Origin: Choristocarpus tenellus KU-1152
Taxonomy: Eukaryota > Protista > Phaeophyceae
Length of the DNA stretch: 47,902 bases
Direction of reading: 5' to 3'
Assembly: GCA_964200185.2 (NCBI GenBank)
Contig: CAXNAD020000015.1
Span: forward strand, 1 to 47,902
Position numbers and translations under genes: made by a program. A model generated the notes under the pieces. The model did no database searches, was not told the origin of the DNA, and was given only the letters and a program-made list of their open reading frames with translations. Shown in pieces: positions 1 through 27,301 of the stretch. Within the stretch, counting starts at the first letter, position 1. Every line of letters starts with the position of its first letter.

Positions 1-906
1 CGCACCATTTTGGGTCAAACTCATCCTCCATAGTATGCTCCATCCTCAATTTTGGTGATCGGCTGTTACACGACAACAACCATAAAAACAGGAAAGAGTC
101 TAATTGGATATTGTTTACAGGAAAGAAAGGCAGGCTTCTGATACAATATATGGAGTAGACATCAACGAGAAATAGTCTAAGTTTTGTCACTACTACGTGC
201 ATTTCAAATGAACAGACCTACAGCTGAAACTACTCCTAAATGGGGGTTATGAAGGCAGTCTATAAACAAGGGAAGAGCCCGACATCCTTGTCTCTACTAG
301 AAACATAACTTGAAAGTAATTTGTTCTGTCAAGATATCCCATAATCTCCACTTCTCTTACAACAAGATCAATAGCACTAATATTAATAATACTTCTAACT
401 TTTAGTCTTCATCAATAGAGTGCCTAAAATGAAATTCACTATCGGAAAGTTTTATAATATTCTGCGGGTAGTGTTTTTCATTATCAAAATTATGACATTT
501 CTAGTTGGAAACAATAGTGAAAAGCATTATGGTCTCGGTAAGACCCTCGGGGCAACACTCAAAGGCTTGATGACCTCATAATAGGGGAATTATCCAATCG
601 AAGCGACCAATTTGCATTTGTTTTAGACAACCAAAATGCTACAAAAGCTGCATTGTACAAGGACAACTCTCACAATGGTTAGGTACCATGGGAGATACGC
701 GTATTATGTTTGCTAGCACGTCGCACCCTTTCGCTGGTTCAGCCGAAACCCCTATCGTTAGGCAGGAACTAGGACTACCTCGTCAGAACAGGACGTCCAT
801 GCACGATGAGGTTTCAAGCCAAACTTCGCTGCCACCCCAAGAGGTTGTCAACAGTGTACTGGCAACCCCGCACCGATGCTTCAACCTGTTTTAACCAACT
901 CCTCAC

Positions 907-1122
907 CCGCTGTCTGTGCTTCCTTAAACAAACAACCTGCTTTGGTTCCTGCGAAATACGGACCTCGTTCATTCCAAAAAGCAATGCATCAAACCTGTTC
1001 GACCAGTCACATCCGTTCCCCAGCCTGTGCTTCGATCCCCACTTGCTTTAGCCACAGACAGGGCGAGCGCGATAGAAGCCGACACTATTCGGGTAAATAC
1101 CTACCTCCATCGCTAAATCCAT
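907..1122 (-). CDS. Possible first two coding exons of a gene running off the left edge (MDLAME|EPKQVVCLRKHRQR...), product unknown
   Basis: Minus-strand ATG at 1122, exon 1105-1122 ends at a GTAGGT donor; CGCAG acceptor then exon 907-948 ends at a GTGAGG donor; both junctions phase 0; lies in a CpG-rich stretch divergent from the beta-galactosidase. No recognisable domain and no confident next exon. Confidence 0.3.
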
Positions 1123-1602
1123 TGGGGAATGTCCAGGAAAGGGTCGAAATAGACTGAAGCTAACACGGGCTACGGTAGAATTCTCTTTCGTCACTGGGCG
1201 CCCACTAACCGTCCTGAAGATGGTTTGAATTTGCCTTCGGGTGGCGTTTCTTGTTTTTACATTTTTTCTTTTTGATAATGAATTTCATTTTGCTCATATA
1301 TTTACTGATTTTCGGAGTGGATTTTCTTATCGTTATTAGACAAAATACCATTATCTGTTTCATTTTGTGCCAACACTCTAATATGAATAATATATTATTA
1401 TTGGTTGTGTGTATGTGATTCATTTATTTTTATTTTGAACTGGAAGTATTCAAGTATTCGGTTGTCGGTGACATGAGACTGTGTTGAAACTATAGTGTTG
1501 TACCACTACTACTACTAGCAGTACCCCACTCCATCCGATATTTTAACAGGATCATTCTCTAGCTCCCTCTCCCTAAAAACAGATAGGCTGTGGTTTGTAG
1601 CG

Positions 1603-16254
<14,652 letters not shown>

Positions 16255-17332
16255 CAAGATAAAAATATTGATTGGATGCTTGTACCAGCAGTGGATGATG
16301 GCATCTTGAGTCTTGAGATTAGGCATTATACTACCTCTGTTTTTGGTGTATATACATACCTACATTTATCTGGATCGAACCCTACAGCACCCACCCTTTA
16401 AAGGGGCTAGTCAGTATTGTTAGGCTTGTAGGCTTGTTTGTGGTGTTGCTTTGGATTGTGTCTCATGCTGGGAATTGAGAGCCAAAAGTGTTTCTCACTT
16501 AGGTGGTGTGTTGGGATGTTGTTAGTGGCTTTGCAAATTTATAGATTTGATCTTGACAATAGCAGTCATTGTATGTACTCAGGTTGAGTGATATGCACAT
16601 ACACCATTGTATACTCACAACAGTGCCCCTATTATAGATGTGCTGAAAGCAGTGCCTTATTTGCTTTACCTGTTTATGACTGTTTTGTGTCCTTTGGTGG
16701 TACTGCTTTACTACATGCAGGTCTTGGTTGCCCTGCCCTACATGTTTCATGTTCATGTTGAGGTTAATAAATATTATGATAGTTAATGCAAGGCCATTCC
16801 TCTCCCATGTAGATACCTGGGATGTGTTATATGTCTGCATCAACCAATTTTGCATGCTGACTGTTGCGTGATGTGACTTTAAAAAGTATGTGTGATTTGA
16901 ATTTAGCACTTTGTATTTACACTGCTTGTACTATGTTTTGTAGTTGAAGACACCCTTCTGAACTGGATAGATGTGTGTCTAACACAGACACCGGGATGCT
17001 GTGATAGGACTGACTAATTCAACACATGCTGAACTCATTTTTCGACTATATTTTTTGAAGATATTAAAATAAAAAATGAGTATGCAAATTAATATGAACA
17101 AATTCTTGTCCAGTTCAACACAACTGTATGGTGATGTACACCTGTCCCTCACCTCACATACATATATAAAAAGGTATTTATCACCCCTCTCTTGAACCCA
17201 ACCCCTTTGCACATTCTCACATCCCTAATAATTGTTTGTCAGTAACTAAAATCATGAGATCCCTAAAACATTGATGCCCTTTCTCCATGTGTAGGAAGAA
17301 CTTAATCTTGATATCCTCTCTTTGAGTCTCTT

Positions 17333-17487
17333 TTCTGAATATAATGCAATCTATAAATGTAATGTATTCTGAATATAATGCAATCTAAATGTAATGTATT
17401 CTGAATATAATGCAATCTAAATGTAATATATTCTGAATGTAATGTATTCTGAATATAATGCAATCTAAATGTAATATATTTTGAATC
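17333..17487. repeat. ~32-bp AT-rich tandem repeat (TTCTGAATATAATGCAATCTAAATGTAATGTA), about 4.5 copies
   Basis: Direct reading; lies between the convergent 3' ends of the beta-galactosidase and ENTH genes. Confidence 0.9.
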
Positions 17488-18522
17488 GCAACGGTAAAAA
17501 GAACTAATACTCATTTTCAAGAGGATTAAACTCCAACATACACCATGTGCATCATCATAATGATCTTAACCCGAAAGAGATCATCATCGTACTTGTGAGA
17601 GGGCTGTCGATATAGGTCATTTTTTTTCTTGATATTCCTGTGAATAAATCAGAATAACTTATAAACACAAAAACTCCTCTGCTATATGACTCATTCCCTT
17701 TTAAAACAGAAATTAGTGCATAAAACCCCAATCTTATCCACAACTTTCTCGTTGCAGAAAGAAAACTCAAAACAGATTACCTAAACGAACTAAACTTGTG
17801 TTCTTGTCTAGTTACCTAAACAGTATAGAGTGTACACCTACAACATCAACATTCAAAAACTAGTTATGCAGCCCACTCAAATGCACATAAACATATGGAC
17901 GAGATGCTCTAAACCAGAAAGGCTCATCTCACTTTTCACCACTATTACCAATTAATTAGTTGATGAACGAATCACAGAAAGAATCACAGAAAAGTCAGAA
18001 ACTGTTTGTTTCGGCATGAACAGCTCAGTTCCATAATACAATATAATAATATAATATGATACTTACAAGTTCCCTTTTTGTTAGCAAGAGATGATTTTCT
18101 GTTCCTGTGAAAACAGAGCAATGCGGGGTGTATATTTACATTTACTACATCATTTGCTCTTTAAAAAGGTGTTCCATACACTGCTGGAGCATTTACCAGT
18201 CAAATTGTAATTTACAGTACTTGTACAAGTTTCCAAAGGGTAAATATGATTAAAGCAAAGGGCATAGAGCATAAGAAAAAAGTCACACCACCAATCACAA
18301 GACGGAAGGCATCCTACTCAGTCCCCCACCCTTCCATGGCAACATGCCCAGGGGTCACATCAAAAAGTGTACTAGCATCCCTCTGCAGTCTCATTTGTAC
18401 AGGGATATGCCACGACTAAACTCATAACCAAATAAAAATACAAACATATTCTTGCCCACACACTCCCAAATGCCTTCGCAAAGTCTGATTTTGGGTCCTA
18501 TGTGGTAGTACCCACCATTTTC

Positions 18523-21500
18523 TTATCTTGCATTGAGATTTAGCCCAGCCATGTTCAATGAGCCCACGTCTCTATAATTTCCAATCTGTTGTGAAGTAAC
18601 GGCTGTATCACTCAACCCTGTACGCTTCAGGCCTGCCGCACCTCCTTGCCACACTGGCTCTTTTGCATGTCCAGAAACCGTGTCCATTATGTGTCCTCTG
18701 CCTTCCCACTCCCTTGCTGGATAAGGAGACCCTGTGGCAACAGCATCGGCAGTCCCATTTCCAGCAACTGCACCACTACCTACAGGCCCTTCCACCTCAG
18801 GTTGAGGGTTAGGAGGCACCAGTCCTGTTCTCCTAAGACCTGCCTGTGCATTCTGTAGTCGCTGTTGAGGGTTTGACCTTTGTGAATGTTGGTTATCGGA
18901 TTGAATAGTTCCCTGCACTTGGGATAGAGTTCTTGTGTTCTCCGTGACTTGCCCCTGTCCAGAGAAAACATTACCCTGTGAACCCGACATTGTTTGACCT
19001 TTCAGTCCAGTTGGCCGCAGATTGCTCCTCAGAGCTTCAAGCTCATCACCAACGCCAGCACGGACTATCTCAGTTGCAAACCAATCCCCCCCGCTTGTTA
19101 CTTTATTTCCCTCCCCTTGTAATTGTGGTTGTTGCTGCTGAGACCGGTACATTTGTTGCTCCTCGAGATGAATGTGCTCTTGTTGGTGTGGTGTCAACAC
19201 CTGTTGCTGCTCAGCCAATTTTTGATTCTGTGGAGGGGGGAGCTGGGGCCAGAGGATTAACGTTGAGCCTACTTTAGGGTTGATGGCTTTGGACACTTCT
19301 ATCACTGAAAACTTGGTCTGTCAAGCAAACCAGCTCTACTGTAGCATTTGGATATAGTATCTCCCAGACTTTTAAGAGGCAGCAAGAGCTTGCACCTGCA
19401 TGCCCTCACCAACTTTCCAAAGCTGTTAGGTAGTCATTTCACAATGCAATAAAAAAAATCTTGAAAAGGTTTACCTGCGGTTGGTGTTGGTGTGATACAG
19501 GATGTTCCTGGTTTGGAAGGGGGTACTGGGGCTGCTGTGTCTGTACAAAATTCACACTCTCTCCCCCTTCGCATGTACCATTAGCTGGAAAGGTGTATTG
19601 TTGGTGGTGGTGTGGCTGGTGTTGATGCATAGATTGTGCCTGGTTGGGATTGTGCAATTCTGGCTGGGCATATTGCTGTTGGTGCTGTTGGGGGTTCTGC
19701 TGTACATATTGCTGGAGCTGTTGAGAATACTGCTGGGCATACTGCTGTTGGAGCTGTTGAGGATTCTGCTGGGCATATTGCTGTTGGAGCTGTTGAGGAT
19801 TCTGCTGAGCATACTGCTGTGGAATTTGGGGCTGATGATACTGTTGGATTTGTACATACTGCTGTTGTGGCACCCCAACTCCGGGAACTTGTCCCCATCC
19901 CTGCTGCCATCCTGCCACATCCAATGCTTCTCCTGACAACATCTGTGCTTGCATTTGCTGCTGCATCATTGCCTGTCCCCCTGACATATTCTGTTGCGGT
20001 GTAAAGTCTGCTCCATCATAACCCTGACCATGATGCACCTGTGGTCCAGTCCCAGACATCACCCAAGGCTGGTTGGGGTTTTGGAAGGAAGTGAAAGGGT
20101 CCACATGGAGTGAAGCAGATGCTCCAACCATTGCCCCCCTGCCAGATGCACCATCAACAGATGCGTGACTGAGGGCTCCTGATAGAAGGTCAAACTGAGG
20201 TTCTTGCTTGGATCCCTTAGATTGGTTCCCTTCTCCTTTTCCCTCTTTGTTTGCTGTATCTGTGGTTGCATGTTCTGTACAAGTATTTCCTCCATCTCTT
20301 CTCTCCTTGCTCCTGCGTAAGGATGCAGACAATGAAGCACAACAAGGTACAACAAGGTGCATGTTTGTAGAGTAATCAAGGCAATCGCTGGTGTAGCTCG
20401 GGTTGTGAATCAAAAAGGGCTTGTCAGAAAATATGAAACCAGGTCTAAAACTGATCATGTACAGAAATCAATTTAATTGAGGTGTGTCAAGCTTGGGTCC
20501 AGTGAGGTGTCACAACAAAATGGTGATACATCCATTCAACTTTCATGCCCCCTCCCAGCCCCCCTTCATGGATAGTGTGTGTGAAGAGTGGCAGTTTTTT
20601 CAGCACAGTGTATAGCATGCATACATATGCACATGGAAATGACTGACAAATTTAAAAGTTTCAGATAAGATGCTGATCATTCTGGAACAATCTGAAATAA
20701 AACGTAGTGACTGAATCACTATCTCTCACAGCCCTGGTGACTTTCCTTGTAAGTTACTTGACATTCATCCATAAGTTGAAGAGTGCAGAGCACCTCACAA
20801 ACATACCACATGTTGGGGAGACAAGTGGTCATCAGCATCTTCAACTTCGGGTGACTTCACTGTAAGAATACTGTATAACATTATCGTGTCGAGTACCTCC
20901 ACACAAGATGTACTCACTATGCAAGGGTTGGAATATAGATACAAATATCCGCACCTGGTCCCCTTTGACGATTTCTGCTTCTCCTGCAGTTTGTAGCGAC
21001 TGAGGCGACTGCTGTACTCCTCCCTTCCAGTATCAAAATCAATTTTGTCACTCTGGCCACTTGTAACTGAGTCCCGGTGGCCGTCACCACTAATACTGGG
21101 TGGTGGGCTGCGATCATATCCTGCAGCCCAATCATCAGCATCATAATTCAGTTCATCACTCCCAAAATCACTCCCTGCGCTTCCATTTCCCCTCTCCAGC
21201 TCTTGTCTCCTGGCTTGGCTACTTGAGTAACTGCCCCTCTCGTTCACTTGTGGATCTGTAGCGGAGTAGCCAATGAATTTGCTCTTGAGGTCTCGTGCTT
21301 TCAAGCGCTCAGACCGTATAAGTTCTGGGCTTCCCAGAAGCTGTGTGAGGTTGGCTGCCTTTTCTCGGACTGGTGTTTCCAAGAGCAGGATTGAGACAGT
21401 ATGTGCAGATACCAAAGAAACAAGTTCAGTTGACACAGGTAAACAAAAAACACCAAGTAGGTGAGGAATTTGACATAATTTGACAGTCACGAAAAAAGGG

Positions 21501-22658
21501 TGACATGTAATCGCAGGATGACACATGCAGAGCAGTTGCTGCTCCCGAAGTTGGATGCCCAATGTATGGTCAGGACCTACATGACCCAGAAAAAAATGCA
21601 TCTATGCACATACGTGGTGTGAGCATATTTCTGAGACGAAAGAACTGACAGTAGATGGCTCACCCCCAGTGCCCCTGTCCAGATTTCCGTCGTGATAAGT
21701 GAAACGTGTTAAAGCCTGCACACTATGTTGGTGATCGCGAGCTTCACTGATGATCCTCTCAGTCCCGTTTTTTACTAGGTGGTCAAGAAGCTCAAGAGCT
21801 TTGCACATCGACTTCCAGTTTCGTGGTGGACCATCCAGTGTCCTCCAGATGGCTCGCATAACTGTGATATAACTATAAAAGAGTTGATATGTAAATCACA
21901 ACATAGGGTTGGTCCAAACAGGCAACACAAAACAGGGCGAATCAAAATTATGTCCGAGGCCAAACCAGATAGTTTCACTTCGCAATGGCAACACAAAACA
22001 GGGCGAATCAAAATATGTCCGAGGCCAAACCAGATATTTTCACTGCGCAATGTTCACACTAGACAGACAAGGCCATCAGGAGTTGCAAGATAGAGCATTG
22101 AGGACGTGACCCGGGTGCCCTTGGTGGTTAAGGAAGACAGTCATGTGAAAACATTATGTGCAAGGAAAAAAAGATCACGTGTGTGGGGCGGTTCCTAGGT
22201 CATCGGTCAAGTAGTTCGACCAAACAAGCGTTTCTGGTGCACTATACACAATCTTATACAACAGAAGGAAAAGCACCCGTAGGGGATTCTAAAATGCAAA
22301 GGCTGAGTTGGTACCAGCTAAGAAATTGAATTATTGACGACTATGCAACATACGTCAATTCTTCCCCAAGCACTACAAAGGAGACGGTTAGTAACCTTCA
22401 GTGAAGTTCAACAAACTCATGGGTTGAAGTTGGTCCCATATTGATGACACTCGTATAAATGCATTCATCATCCCAAGGAAGGCTCTCCCTTTACCTGTCA
22501 AATGTGTACGTATCCTCTGCAACCGCGTTGAGAAGGGAAGTGGGAGTTGCCCACCCTTTGTTAGAAAGAGCTTCAGCAAGTCGCTTTTCTACATCACTTT
22601 TAGCCATGTAATTAATTACTATTCCCTCAGCTTTAGTCTTTAGCTTTGCGATATTCAT
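18523..22658 (-). CDS. ENTH-domain (epsin/epsinR-like) protein with Q-rich disordered tail, 5 exons
   Basis: Exons 22658-22495, 21872-21664, 21369-20955, 20312-19475, ~19242-18523 join in frame. ENTH features: SDVEKRLAEALSNKGW..PTSLLNAVAEDTY, MRAIWRTL..RNWKSMCKALELLDHLVKNGTERII, FTYHDGNLDRGTGVREKAANLTQLL..ELIRSERLKAR..KFIGYS. Tail has FDLL and DPF motifs and Gln-rich repeats. Confidence 0.88.
19670..19830 (-). repeat. Coding 36-nt tandem repeat encoding QQYAQQNPQQLQ variants
   Basis: QQYAQQNPQQLQ twice, then QQYAQQYSQQL and QQYVQQNPQQH, in ENTH exon 4. Confidence 0.85.
21921..22052. repeat. 66-bp tandem duplication in ENTH intron 1
   Basis: GGCAACACAAAACAGGGCGAATCAAAA..TGTCCGAGGCCAAACCAGATA..CGCAAT starts at 21921 and again at 21987. 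Confidence 0.9.
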
Positions 22659-23329
22659 CTTTGAGGTGACACCGGGAAGAAAGAGAGGTATGGGGTCGAA
22701 AGTCAAGCGCAAGCCTGTTGGAGAACAGATGAGCAGGTGGGACAAAGAAGACCTTTCTTGGTCTATAGTGGTTTGGTAACAATGGGTAAATGGGTAAGCA
22801 AGCGGGTAAATAGTGGGACAACACCATTTATAATACCTGCGGTATTATGGATAGTCTTGTATACCGTGTATATTAATATATTTTAACAAAAGAGATGTTT
22901 GGTTGGTTGGACTACTACTACCATTTGGAATGAATTTCCACTTGACAACATACCGCGTTCTTCAACAATAAAAACCAGCCCTAAACCAAAATAAGGTCGG
23001 TGGTTTAGTTATGTAAAAGGTAGATCAGTTAAGCCTGACACCACTTCGAGTTGGGGTGTTCTCAAGGTGATATCTTCACATAATTTTTTGCTGGATGATT
23101 CAATTGATTAACATCTGCTTTCACTTCCACCCCCTCGTTGTCTTATGATAGGGCCCTTAGTCTCGAATTCTCCCTATGTTGGGAAGATCTGCTTCGTCCC
23201 ACCATAGCGGACGTTCCCCGAGGCTGGGATACGAAGGCCTAATTGAAGTGGTTCAGGCTGATATTCGAGGAATTTAAATCATAGTGCTCTAGTCTTCATC
23301 ATTCGATCACATTTGTTCGTCAATGGCAG
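22659..23329. promoter_or_regulatory. Likely bidirectional promoter between ENTH gene and CSN7
   Basis: Head-to-head start codons 671 bp apart; AT-rich core near 22830-22890 (TATATTAATATA) with CpG-richer flanks. Function is inferred from the arrangement. Confidence 0.55.
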
Positions 23330-26300
23330 ATGACTGATGAAGGTGGAGGGACAAGTTTGGTGCAGTTTCTACTCCTGGCCAAGACCTCCAAAGGACGAGC
23401 TTGCGTGGCTCTAATCCAGCAGGTCTTAAGCAACAAAAAGAGCTTCGTCTTCGGAGAGTTGATGGCGATGCCCAACATTCAGGCGGTAAGATAGGTGGCA
23501 ACTGTCAGAAAGCAGTGAGGGGCCGATTTCAAATTCGCAGGTTGAATCTTGTTGCGTTATGTATCTCTGAACTAATCATGCATTTTGATCTTCAATCACA
23601 TGTTCGATCAGCTGCGGGGTACAGAACATGAGCCGCACTTACTCCTGCTGGAGATATTTGCCTACGGGACATTCACAGAATACCAATCGAAGGCCGCGCA
23701 ACTACCAGAGCTCACCCCTGTTCAGGTGCATATTCTTAACTGCTTTTCAAGTGGTGGCTTAACCAGTGGTTCTGTTGTGTCAGACTCACTTGGGGCTTGT
23801 GTAAAGTCTACAGGATAAAATGCAGTCCCACACGGTGCACAGAGCATGCTATATCCAAACCACTATGTGGTTGATGAATCGATTGCCTTATGTTTTTCTT
23901 CCCGCACCTCTGTGTATCCAGCTAACCTATCAAGTGCCTCCCTGTTGGTGGACAAGGATACTTTGTGCATGCTGTTCTAGTAACGGTTATTGTGAACCGA
24001 CTCCATTTACTGTCGACCAAGAGAGATGATCACGGTTTCTATATATGGCACGAAAACATAATTCCAATACAGTCTCCACAACCATAACGTACCAAAACAA
24101 CGCGTCCCCTACCTGACTCCTTCTAGCCAACTCCTCCCTTCACCCCTTCTGTCGTCGAGAAATGATCATGGTGCAGTGGTCAATACAGCCCCTATATTGA
24201 TTTAGGTTTGTCTCTAATTTGAATATGTGAGACCCAAGATTGGACTGAGTGTATCGTGTGATTTATTTTAAAAGGGCAGTACAGTTTGTACCTGCCAACC
24301 ATAGATTTATTTGTCCCCTCATCTAGATGGAGAAGCTACGCATGCTCAGCATTGTTTCCCTGGCACATGAGCATAAGGTGGTGCCGTATACAACATTGAA
24401 AAATGAGCTAGGAATGGACAATGTGCGGCAGCTTGAAGATCTTATTTTTGATACGATCTACTCTGGACTAGTTCAAGGAAAGCTTGATCAACTTCAGGGA
24501 ATACTCAAGGTACATGGCTGCGATTCATTTTGGTAGTGGAGATATCTTGCAACATTTCTTTATTGGTGACTTACAGTCATTTTTCAAAAAGTTGTTTACA
24601 ATAGTTAGAAAGTGGATGTCCCCTTGTTCCTGTGTAGGGGGTGACACAGTTTATTCTAGTTTTGTGAACAATTTTTGTGATGTATTGACACTAGGGATGC
24701 TCCCTTTGATGCCGTTTTATTACAGGTGAAGTATGCAATAGCCAGGGATGTGCGCATAGAAGACCTGGGCTTGATGATGGATAAGTTGGGTCGGTGGGCC
24801 ACTGCTGCACAAGTCCTACTAGCTACTATGGAGGTGTGACAAGAATAGTGATACTTGCCAGGTCTCCATGGCACTCCTTGTCTTGCTTGTTGTATCGTCT
24901 TTGTAAAAAAAAGTCAGGCTAGAAAGCAGTCTGTTGGGTGATACTGTCCAAATTTTGTGGGTACAACATACGACTTAACTCTTCACAATATAAACTCATT
25001 TCCTTCCTGAATATTTTTGATGCCAGTCCAGTGTACCTCGTGTTGCATACTGATTTTTTGTTGTTCACATTAAGGACATTATTGTCTCATTTGTTGCATG
25101 TGCCTTGCACAGGGAAGTGTGGAGGAGGCAGCTAGAGTAAGGGGTGAGGAGACTGCGAGCATCAATTTGGCCAAGGAAATGGCAGCAGATGTAAAAAAGA
25201 ACTTGAAAGATATCTTGGCCAAGCAAAAGGAGGTACAAATCCTGTTGCTCATAGCACTCTTTATTCCTCTCGGCCTGACAGGCCCATGTAGTTTTGTTTG
25301 GGCACTCTGTGTAAGACTATTCTTGAAAAAGTGTGACAATTTATGACTATTTATAAGTTAATTCATTTCTTGATCACAACTCAGTGGACTAGGAACATTA
25401 CAAGAACTTTACCCAAGGTCATGATTTGTGAAAGTGCACACACACCCCGCTGATGCCACTTATCTTTTATGCCTGAACAAGTAAAGTCATTTTTAATACT
25501 ATAACGCTTCATAACTATAAAAATATTTCATGTCTCATTTTTTTTTTTCATAGTTTCAAAGTACAGGTCAATTGACACAAAAAAATGATATTGTCTACAA
25601 CTCAGCCGTTGAAAAGCATGACACCTATCTGGTTAGTATGCTGTTATTCCAGGATTTGATGGTTGTAAGCTGAAAAAAAGAAAAGTCGAGGAACAGATAA
25701 CGGCTCCTCAACCCTTAAAATTTATAGCAGCATCTGATACACACTAGTAACTAAAGACAACTCCTAACAGACATTTTCTTGTGATGCTCTTGTACATTTT
25801 TTCATGGTAGGTGCGAGTTCTATTTGTTTCTCTTAATTATGTGCAAATTACCTTGGGAGGTAATGCTATTTGTCAGTAGTGAAGATAAGAAACTATCTCA
25901 TTAGTTACATAATCACATGGATTCAATTCAACACAATAATCTCATATACACAAAATAAGATACACTTCACTATTGTCCTATTTTGCACAAATTATAATTT
26001 AAGAGGTAATAATGAAGCAAGATGCTTGGTTAAGTGATCTGTAGGAGAGCTGTCTCACCTCAATAATGGTTAATAGATGGTTTATTCCTCGCAATTTGAT
26101 TCTTGATCTTACTTGAGAAACAATACTTTGTCAGCATTTGCCTCAATGTTATGACAGCTTAAAATATGATTTGTTGCAAACATTTCTGATGAAGTTCGTT
26201 CGGCATGGATGATCTTCGATTGGAGGCAAAACATTTACAGTTGTGATTTATGGTGTGAATCACTCTTGATGGAGGCACTCTGATTGATATGTGACAGCTA

Positions 26301-26705
26301 TATTAGATTTGCAGAGATGATACGTTCACAGTGGTGTTTGATTTTGACCTCTGTTTGAACTATCTTTCTTTGAACTTAACTCTCTGTACCTCGTGGGACT
26401 ATCTTACCTTGAGGTTTCAGGACCAACAGGTTGTAAGCACTAATTTTTTTCAGCATCAAGTCACCCCTGGTATGTTGTGCGTAAAGTTGGACATAATGTT
26501 TTGTGTTTCTGATTTTTCCTGATGTAATAACCAATATGCAGCACCTCACCAGTTGACGCACTGTCCCTTGTAGGAGGATGGGTATCACGACATTGGATAT
26601 GACATCGACATTGGCATTGGAGGGGAGCGACACTCAATGCGCAGAGGAAGGAGCAAGCGAAACCGTGTGCCTGGCATGTCAGACCACCGTCCAAGGAACA
26701 AGTGA
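23330..26705 (+). CDS. CSN7: COP9 signalosome subunit 7 (PCI domain), 6 exons
   Basis: Exons 23330-23485, 23612-23725, 24327-24509, 24726-24833, 25113-25232, 26574-26705. Translation: QFLLLAKTSKGRACVALIQQVL...FVFGELMAMPNIQAL...LLEIFAYGTFTEY...LPELTPVQMEKLRMLSIVSLA...PYTTLKNELGMDNVRQLEDLIFDTIYSGLVQGKLDQ...KYAIARDVR, typical of CSN7; basic C-terminal tail. Confidence 0.92.
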
Positions 26706-27301
26706 GGTGTGTGCACTTGGGTCTACATGGTAGGAAATAAAGTGGAACACCCGGGCCAACTGATGCAGCATATGTGTGATAGTGTGTCGAACTGTTATGG
26801 GGGATAGAAACAAAATTTAGTGCTTGCTATTGTGTGCAGACCTTCATCGTGTAGAGAGGTTTGTGTTTGGCAGGATGGATAGCAAGGAAAGGTTATTCCC
26901 ACTTGATGTTTTTGGAATAATAGGGGGCCATGATAGGTTGAATGCTCTTCTGTTGGCTGTGTGTACATCAAAGATATACTTTCTTGTTGCCCTTGATCTA
27001 GTGTTTGCTCTTGGTAAATTTTGAGGTTTTGGGGTGCTCTTTGATGATTTTTGTGTTGAGTACCCTACCACTAGAAAATATGAGACTTCGTAAGCTTTGT
27101 CATATCCGAATTATAGCTCATGTGCTTTGGGCACATACCTTGCTTCTGTTGGGTGCAGTTAGTGCATTTGTTTGTACAAATGGGGATCTCTGACCAGCAG
27201 CAGCAAAATACACACCATAAAGACACCATGCTCAAGATGAGCGAGAGCATGCATTGCCACTTGACCCTTCAAATGCAGTCTGATGTGCTTGCAGGTGTTG
27301 G

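Noticed and set aside
914-928. 14-nt match TGTGCTTCCTTAAA shared with the foldback arm (~45747)
   Set aside because: Too short, flanks do not align; consistent with chance.
19502-20004. Leu-rich and Ala/Val-rich plus-strand ORFs that look like membrane proteins
   Set aside because: Antisense shadows of the CAG-rich ENTH exon.
20807-20870. Possible extra small ENTH exon (ILTVKSPEVEDADDHLSPQHV)
   Set aside because: Ends in phase 0 while the next acceptor at 20312 needs phase 2; direct joining of 20955 to 20312 keeps the frame.
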